This document shows positions 29,558 to 38,949 of a DNA stretch of 64,000 bases, one piece after another (positions within the stretch are counted from its first letter, which is position 1; every line of letters starts with the position of its first letter). The notes below the pieces were generated by a model, which saw only the letters and a program-made list of their open reading frames with translations, was not told the DNA's origin and did no database searches. A program made the translations under genes and the position numbers. Source of the DNA: an uncultured Spirochaetota bacterium (lineage in GTDB: Bacteria; Spirochaetota; Brevinematia; Brevinematales; JAOACQ01); contig CAVYGN010000002.1 in the NCBI GenBank assembly GCA_963768055.1, positions 704,001-768,000 of the forward strand, in the 5' to 3' direction.

Positions 29558-30274
29558 TTAAACTTTGACCTTGTTTTTAACAACAGCGCCGGGAGAAATC
29601 TCCAGCCTTCCGCTGTATTCGACCAGATCGATCCGGCAGTTGTCTCCAATAATTATATCGTTTCCACGTATGGTTTTAGCTTCAGTGTTTTCCACCATAA
29701 TAACCGTTCCCTCGATAAGGTCCGTTTCAAGACAGTCTCTTTTACCGAAAAGGGACAGCAGGAAGCTCATACTGTACTTGCTGTGCCTTATTCTTATTTC
29801 CTCGCCGCCGATTTCTCCGGCGCAACTGTGCCATCCGAAAATGACATCTATATTGTTGGCGTTCAGCAAACCGCTGATCTTGAATTCTCCCCGCGATCTG
29901 AATTCTTCGGATTCGACCCCGGCCCCGGAACATATAAACCCTGCTGAATTTATATACCGGGATTTTATGCCTTTTTTTACTGAAATACTTCCGTTATTAT
30001 GAATTTCATCGGCAGAGAGAAAACCATCGACAGTCAGGGTTCCTGAGTCTTTCACGGATTTGCATTCCAGATCCCCGGATATAGAACCCATCCCGCTGAC
30101 TGAAATTTTTTCAATAATCGCTTTTCCATTGATTTTACCCATGCCTGAAATTATAAGAGACTCCGCTTCAACATCCCCATCTATGTCGCCTCTGCCTGAA
30201 ATTTTAATATCCCTGAATTTCCCGCCTCCGGTTTTTCCCATGCCGGAAATCTTCAAATCAGAAAGATTATCCAT
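29558..30274 (-). CDS. YhbE/YhbF-like polymer-forming cytoskeletal (bactofilin-type) protein
   Basis: Repeated ISGMG beta-helix motifs, GLLNA..I, EIGGEEI, IEGTVI..ENTEAKTIRGNDIIIGDNC.IDLVEY. Confidence 0.8.
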   Translation of the reverse strand: MDNLSDLKISGMGKTGGGKFRDIKISGRGDIDGDVEAESLIISGMGKINGKAIIEKISVSGMGSISGDLECKSVKDSGTLTVDGFLSADEIHNNGSISVKKGIKSRYINSAGFICSGAGVESEEFRSRGEFKISGLLNANNIDVIFGWHSCAGEIGGEEIRIRHSKYSMSFLLSLFGKRDCLETDLIEGTVIMVENTEAKTIRGNDIIIGDNCRIDLVEYSGRLEISPGAVVKNKVKV

Positions 30275-30293
30275 TGTATACTCCTTAATTAAA

Positions 30294-30932
30294 TTATTTT
30301 TTAAGCATGTCTTGTAATATCAGAAATAAATCTTTTGATACTTCATCAAGATCGAACGACGACAGTTCCCTTGTGCTTTTATCGCAAAATATGCTGAAAT
30401 CCTGTTTTGCAAGAAGGAAAAATTGGATTGATTTCTTTTCATATACGATCAGCTTGTAGGATGTGCTGTCTAAATGAGGGAGCCATGATATAATACTCCC
30501 TATAAATTCATCGATATACTCATTGTTTATGACCGGGATTTTTTTTAACATACTAGCAATATAAATGAAAATAATTTCTATAAAGTTGAAATAGCTTTTC
30601 TGAAAATTCCTTTCAAAATTTTCGAGAATGCCTTCGTCGATACCCTTGATGTTTATTAAATCGCCTTTATTGAAAGATCTTCTTGACAGTTCCGGCGAAA
30701 GCATGTCGGCAAGTTCTTCGAGAGAATACCGGTCCTTAAGTTCTATTATCCCTGAAATTCTACTGAGAATTTTATCCCTGGGAAAATAGGTCTCCTGGCC
30801 CGTATATGAAGGCTTCTTGATAAACCAGGATTCGGGTATCAGGTTTTCACGCTTCCATCTGTATAATTGCCCGTAAGAAATCCCGGTCATTTTTAACAGA
30901 TCCTTTTTTGTTATAAGATCCGATTCTTCCAT
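30294..30932 (-). CDS. YhbD/DUF4004 family protein (MerR-like HTH)
   Basis: LITKKDLLKMTGISYGQLYRWKRENLIPESWFIKKPSYTGQETYFPRDKIL. Confidence 0.9.
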   Translation of the reverse strand: MEESDLITKKDLLKMTGISYGQLYRWKRENLIPESWFIKKPSYTGQETYFPRDKILSRISGIIELKDRYSLEELADMLSPELSRRSFNKGDLINIKGIDEGILENFERNFQKSYFNFIEIIFIYIASMLKKIPVINNEYIDEFIGSIISWLPHLDSTSYKLIVYEKKSIQFFLLAKQDFSIFCDKSTRELSSFDLDEVSKDLFLILQDMLKK

Positions 30933-30983
30933 CTAAAACTCCCCAATCTTTATGCAATCGATATAAAACAATGTTGCGCTAAT

Positions 30984-31012
30984 AATATAACATAACATTG
31001 TTACGTTGTCAA
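30984..31012 (-). promoter_or_regulatory. sigma70 promoter of the yhbD-like operon with a palindromic operator in the spacer
   Basis: TTGACA (31012-31007), 17 bp, TATATT (30989-30984); imperfect palindrome AACATAACATTGTTACGTT at 30989-31007. Confidence 0.7.
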
Positions 31013-31050
31013 GTTAAATAAATATTATTTTTTAAGGGGGCCCTGTGTAT

Positions 31051-32190
31051 CTATTCTGGTATTAAATCCCAAAGTTCACGGATAACCCTGTTGGAAACTT
31101 CGAAACCCCTTTCAGTTAAGCTGATTCGGTTCTCTTTTTTAACAATGAAGGGATCGAGTTCAGGCGGTATTTTCGATACAAGTATTTTTTCAAGGCTTGT
31201 GTGGAAAATCTCTTCGAAATGAAAGTAAGAAATCCCGGCGGATTTCCTAAGTCCGAGCATTATGTATTCCCTTATTGATGTTTCCCTGTTAATTTCCTCA
31301 GTGAATTCCCGCGGAAGATTGCCGGCGCGCACGGCTGAAGAATAATTTTTTATCGACCCTATGTTGGTCCAGCGTAACTTTTTGAAAAATCCTGAAGCTC
31401 CGGCGCCGAAGCCGATATATTCCCCGTAATCCCAGTAATTCATATTATGAGAACTGAAATACCGGTCTTCCAGGGAGAAGTTCGAGATTTCATAATGCTT
31501 GTACCCGGCGTTTTGCAGTTCTTGCCTTATTTTGCGGTAATGCCCTATGGCTGTAAAATCAGTCAGCGGGATATATTTTCCCGCTTCGACATTCCTGCGG
31601 AGCAGGGTTTTATCCTCCACGGAAAGCTGGTAGACAGAAATATGGGGAGGTTTCAGGCTGAGAAGGGATTCGAGCAATTTCAGGGCATGTTCACCCCTGA
31701 TGCAGATGATCAGGTCAAGGCTTATGTTTGATATGCCCGCATCCCTCAATGTATGCACTGAGCGGATATTGATTCCGGCGTCATTCTGCCGGCCAAGGAA
31801 TTTGAGGACCTGCCCCTCCATCGATTGAAACCCAAGGCTTACCCTGTTAATACCGGCTGACTTCCAGCTAAGGGCTTTCTCAGGAGTTACATCTTCCGGA
31901 TTGGCCTCGATGGTGTTTTCATTGTTTAATAGTACGAATTCCGATTTTAATTTTTCGAATATTGTTTTTATCTGGATTTGTGATAATAAAGAGGGGGTTC
32001 CACCACCTATGTAAACAGTTTTTACCGGGCCTGTTTCGCGATGTAATTTTTTAAAAAGGTCTATCTCGCCGAAAAGCGCTGTAATATATGATTCGATCGA
32101 ATTCTTTTCGGGTTTGAAGCCGCTTATGAAGTTGCAATAAGAACATTTCTGCCTGCAATATGGCAGGTGAACATATATGGAAAAGGGCAT
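31051..32190 (-). CDS. hemW: Radical SAM heme chaperone HemW (HemN-like)
   Basis: YVHLPYCRQKCSYCNF, YIGGGTPS, YEISNF, HNMNYW; start is ATG 32190 or TTG 32196. Confidence 0.92.
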   Translation of the reverse strand: MPFSIYVHLPYCRQKCSYCNFISGFKPEKNSIESYITALFGEIDLFKKLHRETGPVKTVYIGGGTPSLLSQIQIKTIFEKLKSEFVLLNNENTIEANPEDVTPEKALSWKSAGINRVSLGFQSMEGQVLKFLGRQNDAGINIRSVHTLRDAGISNISLDLIICIRGEHALKLLESLLSLKPPHISVYQLSVEDKTLLRRNVEAGKYIPLTDFTAIGHYRKIRQELQNAGYKHYEISNFSLEDRYFSSHNMNYWDYGEYIGFGAGASGFFKKLRWTNIGSIKNYSSAVRAGNLPREFTEEINRETSIREYIMLGLRKSAGISYFHFEEIFHTSLEKILVSKIPPELDPFIVKKENRISLTERGFEVSNRVIRELWDLIPE

Positions 32191-32192
32191 TC

Positions 32193-33305
32193 TCAAACAA
32201 ACTTTTCAAATGCTTTCAATGCGTTAAAAATAGCCATATCCATATTATAATAGCCGTATGTAGCCAGACGGCCTAAAAAGAGCACATTTCCCTTTTTTTT
32301 GCCTTCATTTTCGTACTTTTTATAGAGTTCCATATTTTCATCTTTCGGGACCGGGTAATAAGGGATATCTATTTCTATATCGCATGGTTTAGAATACTCT
32401 TTTATTATTGTGGTTGAAGCACTTTTTTGGCCTGTAAGGCGTTTGAATTCGGTTATTCTTGTAAAGCGGTAATCATTCGGATAATTTACAACCCCAACCT
32501 CCTGAAAATATTCAATATTAAGGTGGGACCATTCGAAGTCGAGAGACCTGTACGGCAGCTTTCCGAATTTGAAATCGAAATAGGAATCAATTGGGCCGGT
32601 GAAGACAAGTTTATCGTATTCTATTTCCTTCTTTATGTCGTTAAAAGATGTGTTCAGCATTATCCTTATACCCGAATTATTGAGAAGTTTTTCAAATATC
32701 GGGGTAAAACCTCCTACCGGCATTCCCTGGTAGGGATCCTGGAAATAGCGATTGTCCTTGCTTATAAATACCGGTACTCTTCCCGTTACGGATGGAGACA
32801 GTTCATCAGGCCGTAAGTCCCACTGTTTTATCGTATAATTCAAAAATACCTTTTCATATACATATTCAGCAAGGAATTTAAGGTCCTTGTCCTCTGATTT
32901 CCTCAACTCAAGAATGGTTATCTTTTTTCCGAAACCATAGGTTTCGATTAGTTTTTTCTCCAGTTTTTCTGCAAATGTCTGCGGAAACAGGGCATGAAGC
33001 GTGTTGAGATTGAACGGAATCGGCACTTTCTTACCCTCGATCAGGCCCAGGACTTCATGATGATAAATATTCCAATTCGTGAAAGGCGCAAGATATTTCC
33101 ATACCTCAACCTGGTTTGTATGGAAAATATGGGGGCCGTAAACTTGTATAAGAATTCCATCCTGATCATATTTATCGAAAACATGCCCTCCTATATGGTT
33201 GTGGGCTTCAACAATAAGAACGCTTTTCTTTAATACGCGGGAAATTCTTTCCGCCATTACGCAGCCTGAAAAACCTGCTCCGACAATGCAGTAATCAAAT
33301 TTCAT
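32193..33305 (-). CDS. glf: UDP-galactopyranose mutase
   Basis: GAGFSG, YGPHIFHT, YTIKQW, RYFQDPYQGMP, LPYRSL, PYYP, GRLATYGYYNMD. Confidence 0.96.
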   Translation of the reverse strand: MKFDYCIVGAGFSGCVMAERISRVLKKSVLIVEAHNHIGGHVFDKYDQDGILIQVYGPHIFHTNQVEVWKYLAPFTNWNIYHHEVLGLIEGKKVPIPFNLNTLHALFPQTFAEKLEKKLIETYGFGKKITILELRKSEDKDLKFLAEYVYEKVFLNYTIKQWDLRPDELSPSVTGRVPVFISKDNRYFQDPYQGMPVGGFTPIFEKLLNNSGIRIMLNTSFNDIKKEIEYDKLVFTGPIDSYFDFKFGKLPYRSLDFEWSHLNIEYFQEVGVVNYPNDYRFTRITEFKRLTGQKSASTTIIKEYSKPCDIEIDIPYYPVPKDENMELYKKYENEGKKKGNVLFLGRLATYGYYNMDMAIFNALKAFEKFV

Positions 33306-33315
33306 ACTTTACCCC

Positions 33316-34323
33316 TTATACTTCAACTTTCCTGAGATATTCTGCATTTTCTTCGGGGATGCTCGGATTTATGAACATGCCCGATCCCAGCTCGAATCCA
33401 GCCTGTCGTGTAAGTCGTGGCACTATTGTTATATACCAGTGAAAAAAGCTTGAGTTAAGGTAACCTTTCGGGGCCCCTCGAACTATGAAGTTGTAATCGG
33501 GATCGTTGACCCCGAAATATAATTTTCTCAAAGCCTGTCTCAGAATAGAAGCGGCCTCCGAGAGTTCGTCATCCGTTACCTGCAGTATGGAAGAGGCATG
33601 TCTTTTAGGAAACAGCCACATGGCGAAAGGCGAATAAGCGGCGTAAGGGACGAATACAGTGAAATTAGGGGAATCGATTACTACCCTTTCCCCGGATTCG
33701 AGTTCGCTTTTCAGGACACGGCAGAAAATGCATTCCCTGTGTTCCTCATGGAATCTTATGCTTTCGTTCATACGTTCAATGATATCTCTGGGTATGATCG
33801 GAAGCGCTATAATTTGCGAATGAGGATGGATGAGGGATGCGCCTGCCCTTGTCCCATGATTTCTGAAGGGTATGACCGATTCGACATAAGGGAGTTCAAA
33901 TAAATTTAAATTACGCTGCCGGTAAGTTTTTAAAATATCAATTACATTTGGCAACTCCATTGTCGCCATTGTCAGGTTATGCCTCGGATTCTCTACCAGG
34001 ACTTCATGGTTTCCTATACCGTCCATCCATCGGAAATATCCTGATGTGTTAAGGTCGATGCCATTCTCAGGCGGCGCTAATGCAGGGAATTTATTCGGTA
34101 CTACGCGCATTTTCCAGTTATCTTTATCGCCAAGCCTGTAAAATTCCTCAATGTTGCCGGATTTTTTTTCATTGCCAGGGCAGAATGGGCAATCCGGGTC
34201 GTAATCAGGGATGGCGTATTCAGAAATATTCTTGTCCTCTCTAAGCTGTTCAGGCCTCTTTGCCCTTTCGGTTGCAATAATCACCCATTCTTTTAACACA
34301 ATATTCTGGCGAAGCTGCGGCAT
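33316..34323 (-). CDS. galT: Galactose-1-phosphate uridylyltransferase
   Basis: RAKRP, CPFCPGNE, NKFPAL, NHG..AGASLIHPHSQ, AGFELGSG. Confidence 0.95.
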   Translation of the reverse strand: MPQLRQNIVLKEWVIIATERAKRPEQLREDKNISEYAIPDYDPDCPFCPGNEKKSGNIEEFYRLGDKDNWKMRVVPNKFPALAPPENGIDLNTSGYFRWMDGIGNHEVLVENPRHNLTMATMELPNVIDILKTYRQRNLNLFELPYVESVIPFRNHGTRAGASLIHPHSQIIALPIIPRDIIERMNESIRFHEEHRECIFCRVLKSELESGERVVIDSPNFTVFVPYAAYSPFAMWLFPKRHASSILQVTDDELSEAASILRQALRKLYFGVNDPDYNFIVRGAPKGYLNSSFFHWYITIVPRLTRQAGFELGSGMFINPSIPEENAEYLRKVEV

Positions 34324-34388
34324 AAAACCTCCTTGACCGATTTATTATAAATTGCATTTTAAAAAAATCAAAAGATTTTTATATAGTT

Positions 34389-34530
34389 ATGGACGATTCT
34401 ACGGGGGGTGCAAGCATAGGGCAAACATTTTGCTTTAGCATAGAATCCATGATAAAATATTAATTGTGGGGGCTTCTAACTCTTCGGCCCTGCGGGCATA
34501 AACCCTTCGGATAGGAAGCCCCCGATAATC
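34389..34530. repeat. Two adjacent GGGCGCTTCTA-family hairpin elements
   Basis: ATGGACGATTCTA...TAGAATCCAT (34389-34450) and GGGGGCTTCTA...TAGGAAGCCCCC (34468-34523). Confidence 0.55.
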
Positions 34531-34535
34531 AAAAT

Positions 34536-34608
34536 GCCACCGTAGCTCAGTTGGTAGAGCAATTGATTCGTAATCAATGGGCCAGCGGTTCAATCCCGCT
34601 CGGTGGCT
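34536..34608 (+). tRNA. tRNA-Thr(CGT)
   Basis: Acceptor GCCACCG/CGGTGGC, anticodon arm ATTGA-TTCGTAA-TCAAT, GGTTCAA. Confidence 0.97.
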
Positions 34609-34668
34609 TTTTTATCCCTTGCCGGATCACTAAATTTGTTGTATTGTTTTATTAAGGATGATTATTAA

Positions 34669-35331
34669 ATGGGAAATATATCTTTTGAAACTGTAATATA
34701 TTTTGTACTCTATGCAATTCTTTTTATTTACAGTATTATTTTTCATGAGATAATGCATGGGGTAGCCGCTTATATATTCGGTGATGATACGGCAAAGAGG
34801 GCGGGAAGGATTACGCTTAATCCGGTCCCTCATATAGATCCTATAGGCAGTATATTACTGCCGGCCGTAGGTTTCCTGTTCAAGATTATTTCCGGCGCAA
34901 GCATTATCATCGGATGGGCAAAACCCGTACCTGTAAACCCTTACAATTTTACCCATAGAAGATGGGGTGAAATTACAGTGTCTCTGGCCGGGGTAAGTGC
35001 CAATTTTATTATGATAATAATAATGCTGTTCCTTTTTACAAAAACAGGATACCCGGTTTTCTTCGATGTTGCGGCTACGAATTTCTTTTTAATTTATCTT
35101 AATATCCTTCCCATACCCCCGCTGGATGGGTATAACTTTGCCGTTAATATTCTGCCTGCGGGTATTTCACGTTATATAACCGGTTTTGTAAGGGGGAGGG
35201 AAACAATGTTCCTCGGTATTTTATTTTTGATTTTTGCCACACCAGCAGGCCGGTTTATATTTACACCAGCGGCATATATTTTCGAAGGATTGGCGCGATT
35301 TTTACTTAATATTATGGGTTTTAGAGGGTGA
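34669..35331 (+). CDS. Site-2 protease family (peptidase M50)
   Basis: FHEIMHG, TLNPVPHIDPIG, GWAKPVPVNP, NILPIPPLDG. Confidence 0.95.
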   Translation: MGNISFETVIYFVLYAILFIYSIIFHEIMHGVAAYIFGDDTAKRAGRITLNPVPHIDPIGSILLPAVGFLFKIISGASIIIGWAKPVPVNPYNFTHRRWGEITVSLAGVSANFIMIIIMLFLFTKTGYPVFFDVAATNFFLIYLNILPIPPLDGYNFAVNILPAGISRYITGFVRGRETMFLGILFLIFATPAGRFIFTPAAYIFEGLARFLLNIMGFRG

Positions 35332-35332
35332 A

Positions 35333-37225
35333 ATGAATAAAGCGTTCCTTTTTATTTTTCTCTTTCTCTTATTATCTTCATTTCTTTATTCACAAAAGGC
35401 AATCGATAACCCGGATGAGAAGACTGAAATGACATTTGCCGAAGCTGTAATGTTATCTACGGAGGGGGATTATGACAATGCGATCCTAAAATACCAGGAT
35501 CTCCTGTCGAATCAGATAAAGGATAAATATGTATATTATTCTCTCCTGGAAACTTACAGTCTGAAAGCGGGAAAGGCGCAGATGACCTCAGATGAGGAAT
35601 CACTTAAAGCCTTGTATAAGGAAGAAATGAATTATTCGAAAGAGGCCCTGGGGTTGTATACGAACGACAGGAGGCTTTTATATTTCTACGCTGATTCGGT
35701 ACGTAACCTTGGATTGGCCGATGAATATATTTCTGTCCTTCAAGAAATTCTTGCGATAGATAATTTTGACGTTTTTGCGAATTATTATATAGGCGATTAT
35801 TATTTTATTAATAAACAATATGATCAGGCCGCATTTTATTTTCAAAAGGTCCTTACCGCAACGGAAGAGGATAAAGAATTCGACTTGATGGCAAAATACA
35901 GGGCTTTTTATTCCCTTGGAATAATTTCAATTATCGGAGGGGACTATCAATACGCAATTCAATACCTGGAAAAGGCAAAAAACATATATTCGAAAGATTA
36001 TGAATTGATCAAAACAATAGCGTTGACTTACGCCGGGATACTGGAATTCGATAAGGCTTTAGAAAATTTCGATATTATCCCTGACTCATATAAAAGTGAA
36101 GACACCCTCGATATTTACTACGGTGTATTATTTGCAAAAGACCAGAAATTACTGAAAAATAACCCGGACAAAATAAATGATAAATCGCATTATTTATCTG
36201 CACTGGATTACTTTTTAAAAAAGAAATACAGCGATTCAATAAAAGAATTGGACGCCTCGGTTTCTGAAAAAAAGGTCCTTGATTATTACCTGCTCTTTCT
36301 CTATTATCTTGATTACAAATATGCCGGTAATAAGGAAAAAATGTACCAATATGCATTTTTATTGGGAAATAAAGCAAGAGATGTCGGAAAAATCGACACG
36401 GCTATCGGCTATTATAAGATCCTTCTGGGGAGCAAAAATTCAATACCATCGATATACTGGCTCATCGGTTCCCTTTTTGACGATAAAAACGATTACGCAA
36501 ACGCTATCGTTTATTACAATAAATATTTGAACAGCAAGGATGGGGACGAATATAAAATACAGGCCCTTATTAGAATATCTGATATGTACTACAGACAGAA
36601 GAATTTTGTCACAGCGGACAAGATGCTTAATAAAGCTAAAACAGGAGCCGTAAAAAAAAGCGACCAGTTTCAAGTCTATTTTTATTCCGGACTTATCCAG
36701 TTTGAAAGCAAGATGTACTCAAACGCAGTAATTGATTTCAATGAAGCAATGAAAGCGGATGAAAAGGAATCCAGATTATATTATTTTCTTGGTGCAAGTT
36801 ATTTTGAGCTTCAAGACTATGATAAAGTCATACAGATACTTGAAACCGGTATAAAATATGACAGCCGCAGTCCTGAAATCAACAATCTGCTGGCTTATGC
36901 TTACTCTATTGAAAAAGTCAAACTGGATGATGCTGTCAGGCTGATAAATATGTCCCTGTTAATGCAGCCCGAAAATATAGCTTATCTGGATACCCTTGGC
37001 TGGATTTATTTCCAGAAAGAAGATTTTAAGAAGAGCTATGAAATTTTTAATCATATTATAGACTTGCTTGAAAGGGGGAATAAACTTGATGGCCTGGATG
37101 AGATTTATTACCATATCGGGATGATCCTTGAAAAAATGGGTAATAAAGAAGAAGCGATGGGCTATTATTCGACGGGTTTAAAGATAAATCCATCGAACGA
37201 CATGATCAAAAACAGAATGAAATAA
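35333..37225 (+). CDS. Exported multi-TPR protein
   Basis: Signal peptide from ATG 35333; many TPRs; C-terminal NLLAYAY...AYLDTLGWIYF...HIGMIL pattern. Confidence 0.88.
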   Translation: MNKAFLFIFLFLLLSSFLYSQKAIDNPDEKTEMTFAEAVMLSTEGDYDNAILKYQDLLSNQIKDKYVYYSLLETYSLKAGKAQMTSDEESLKALYKEEMNYSKEALGLYTNDRRLLYFYADSVRNLGLADEYISVLQEILAIDNFDVFANYYIGDYYFINKQYDQAAFYFQKVLTATEEDKEFDLMAKYRAFYSLGIISIIGGDYQYAIQYLEKAKNIYSKDYELIKTIALTYAGILEFDKALENFDIIPDSYKSEDTLDIYYGVLFAKDQKLLKNNPDKINDKSHYLSALDYFLKKKYSDSIKELDASVSEKKVLDYYLLFLYYLDYKYAGNKEKMYQYAFLLGNKARDVGKIDTAIGYYKILLGSKNSIPSIYWLIGSLFDDKNDYANAIVYYNKYLNSKDGDEYKIQALIRISDMYYRQKNFVTADKMLNKAKTGAVKKSDQFQVYFYSGLIQFESKMYSNAVIDFNEAMKADEKESRLYYFLGASYFELQDYDKVIQILETGIKYDSRSPEINNLLAYAYSIEKVKLDDAVRLINMSLLMQPENIAYLDTLGWIYFQKEDFKKSYEIFNHIIDLLERGNKLDGLDEIYYHIGMILEKMGNKEEAMGYYSTGLKINPSNDMIKNRMK

Positions 37226-37331
37226 ACCCTTTTTAATCAATTTCCTGCAGATTTATACCACAAATCTTGATTAATATAAATTAGCCCTTAAAATAATGGG
37301 TATAGCATGGAGATATGGTGTTGAGGAATAT

Positions 37332-38894
37332 ATGAAACCGATATTTCTAAAATTTCCTTCAGGAAAGATTTTTACTGTCTTGACTGATATGTCAAGGACA
37401 AGGGACATGGAAAGGTGTGTGATCCTCTTTTTTACAGAAAATAAAATGGTAAAATATTTTGATATTGATACTTCTATTATCAAAGATAAATTTATCGCGT
37501 TTTATTCGTCTCCTACAAGGGAAGGAGTGGAACATATTACAAAAAACGATGGATTTTATTATATATGTCTTTGTGCGGCGGCTCAAATAAGGAAATTTTT
37601 CAATGAAAAAATTTTCCCGCTGCTTGACTCCGGTGAAAAAACCGACTTCATAATACTTTCGGAAGAGATGTCGATAAAAAAGGATTATTTTGAAATTCCG
37701 GATGAATTCTGTCCACTATTTTATATAATTTCGAACAATCAACTGGTTCCTGTGTCGTATTCTCCTTTTTCGTATAACAAAATCGAGATTGCGGGCGAGA
37801 AGCATCATAAAGAGTTATTATCCTTAGGAAATGAAAAAGATTTTACAATTTCATATCTCCAGGAAGGCGGGATAACGATTTCGCCCAATTTCGGAGAACT
37901 TGATAATTTATATGAAATCGACGCGATGGATATTCTGGTTAATTCAATAATGGGGCATGGTAAATTTAAAAATATCACGGTTTTGAAAGATTATAATAAT
38001 TATTCGATGATTTCAGATTACACAAGAAAATTTCCAAACGTTAAAAATGTCTATCATGCATTCGCGCATATGTCCAACGTTCTTTTTGACAATGATATCA
38101 TTGAAGAAAAAAGTATAGGCATAGTTTATGACAGCATCAGTTATGATGACAGCGACCAGATAAGGGGCGGAGAAATCCTTTACGGCAATATAGGGAACAT
38201 TGATATTATTGGCGGTTGGAGACCGCTGCCCCTTCCTGGCGGCGATATAGCAAACATCGAACCCTGGAGGATAGTACTCGCTGTTCTGAGGGAAGTCACC
38301 AAGGGAGGGCTTTCTTCTGTTAAGCTGCCTCTGGTTCAGAGCATAAGGGACAATCAGAATTATAGATATATTTATGATGCGATCGACCAGGGTATTATAA
38401 GCTATTCGCTTTCATCAAGCATGCATCATATAATCGCGGCTTTAGGGGAGGTAATTTCTTACAAAGAGTCTACATATAACTTCGAATATTTTGAGAATAT
38501 GATGGATAATACTATTATAGAAAAATGCGAAGGTACATATTACGATATACCCATTATTGAAGAGGATGGGATATATCTTTTGGATACCTATGACCTTTTC
38601 AGGCATGTCGTAGAATCATTGAGTGCTGGTCAAGAACCAATTTCACTGGTCTGCAATATTATAGTAAGCATAGCCAAAGCGACTGCCAAACTTACAGATA
38701 AATTATCTAAAATTTACAATGAAAATAAAATATCTTTAGCCGGTGAATATTTCAAGCATCCGCATTTATTGTCGCTGCTTTATACGGAGCTTGAACAAAA
38801 GGGCTATCAACTGTATCTTCCAAGAAAGATACCGATCGATGACAGCGGCATTTCCGTCGGACAACTGTTATTTCATTACTACGAAAATTTATAG
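37332..38894 (+). CDS. Divergent HypF-like (Kae1/carbamoyltransferase C-terminal) protein
   Basis: VYHAFAH, GIVYDSISY..D.IRGGEIL, LPLPGGDIANIEPWR, KIPIDDSGISVGQ follow the order of HypF motifs; GAGGA SD before ATG 37332. Confidence 0.75.
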   Translation: MKPIFLKFPSGKIFTVLTDMSRTRDMERCVILFFTENKMVKYFDIDTSIIKDKFIAFYSSPTREGVEHITKNDGFYYICLCAAAQIRKFFNEKIFPLLDSGEKTDFIILSEEMSIKKDYFEIPDEFCPLFYIISNNQLVPVSYSPFSYNKIEIAGEKHHKELLSLGNEKDFTISYLQEGGITISPNFGELDNLYEIDAMDILVNSIMGHGKFKNITVLKDYNNYSMISDYTRKFPNVKNVYHAFAHMSNVLFDNDIIEEKSIGIVYDSISYDDSDQIRGGEILYGNIGNIDIIGGWRPLPLPGGDIANIEPWRIVLAVLREVTKGGLSSVKLPLVQSIRDNQNYRYIYDAIDQGIISYSLSSSMHHIIAALGEVISYKESTYNFEYFENMMDNTIIEKCEGTYYDIPIIEEDGIYLLDTYDLFRHVVESLSAGQEPISLVCNIIVSIAKATAKLTDKLSKIYNENKISLAGEYFKHPHLLSLLYTELEQKGYQLYLPRKIPIDDSGISVGQLLFHYYENL

Positions 38895-38949
38895 GCAGAT
38901 ATTTACTAAAGCCATATAAAAATTAGCGCTATTATCGAGGAGGCCTCCT

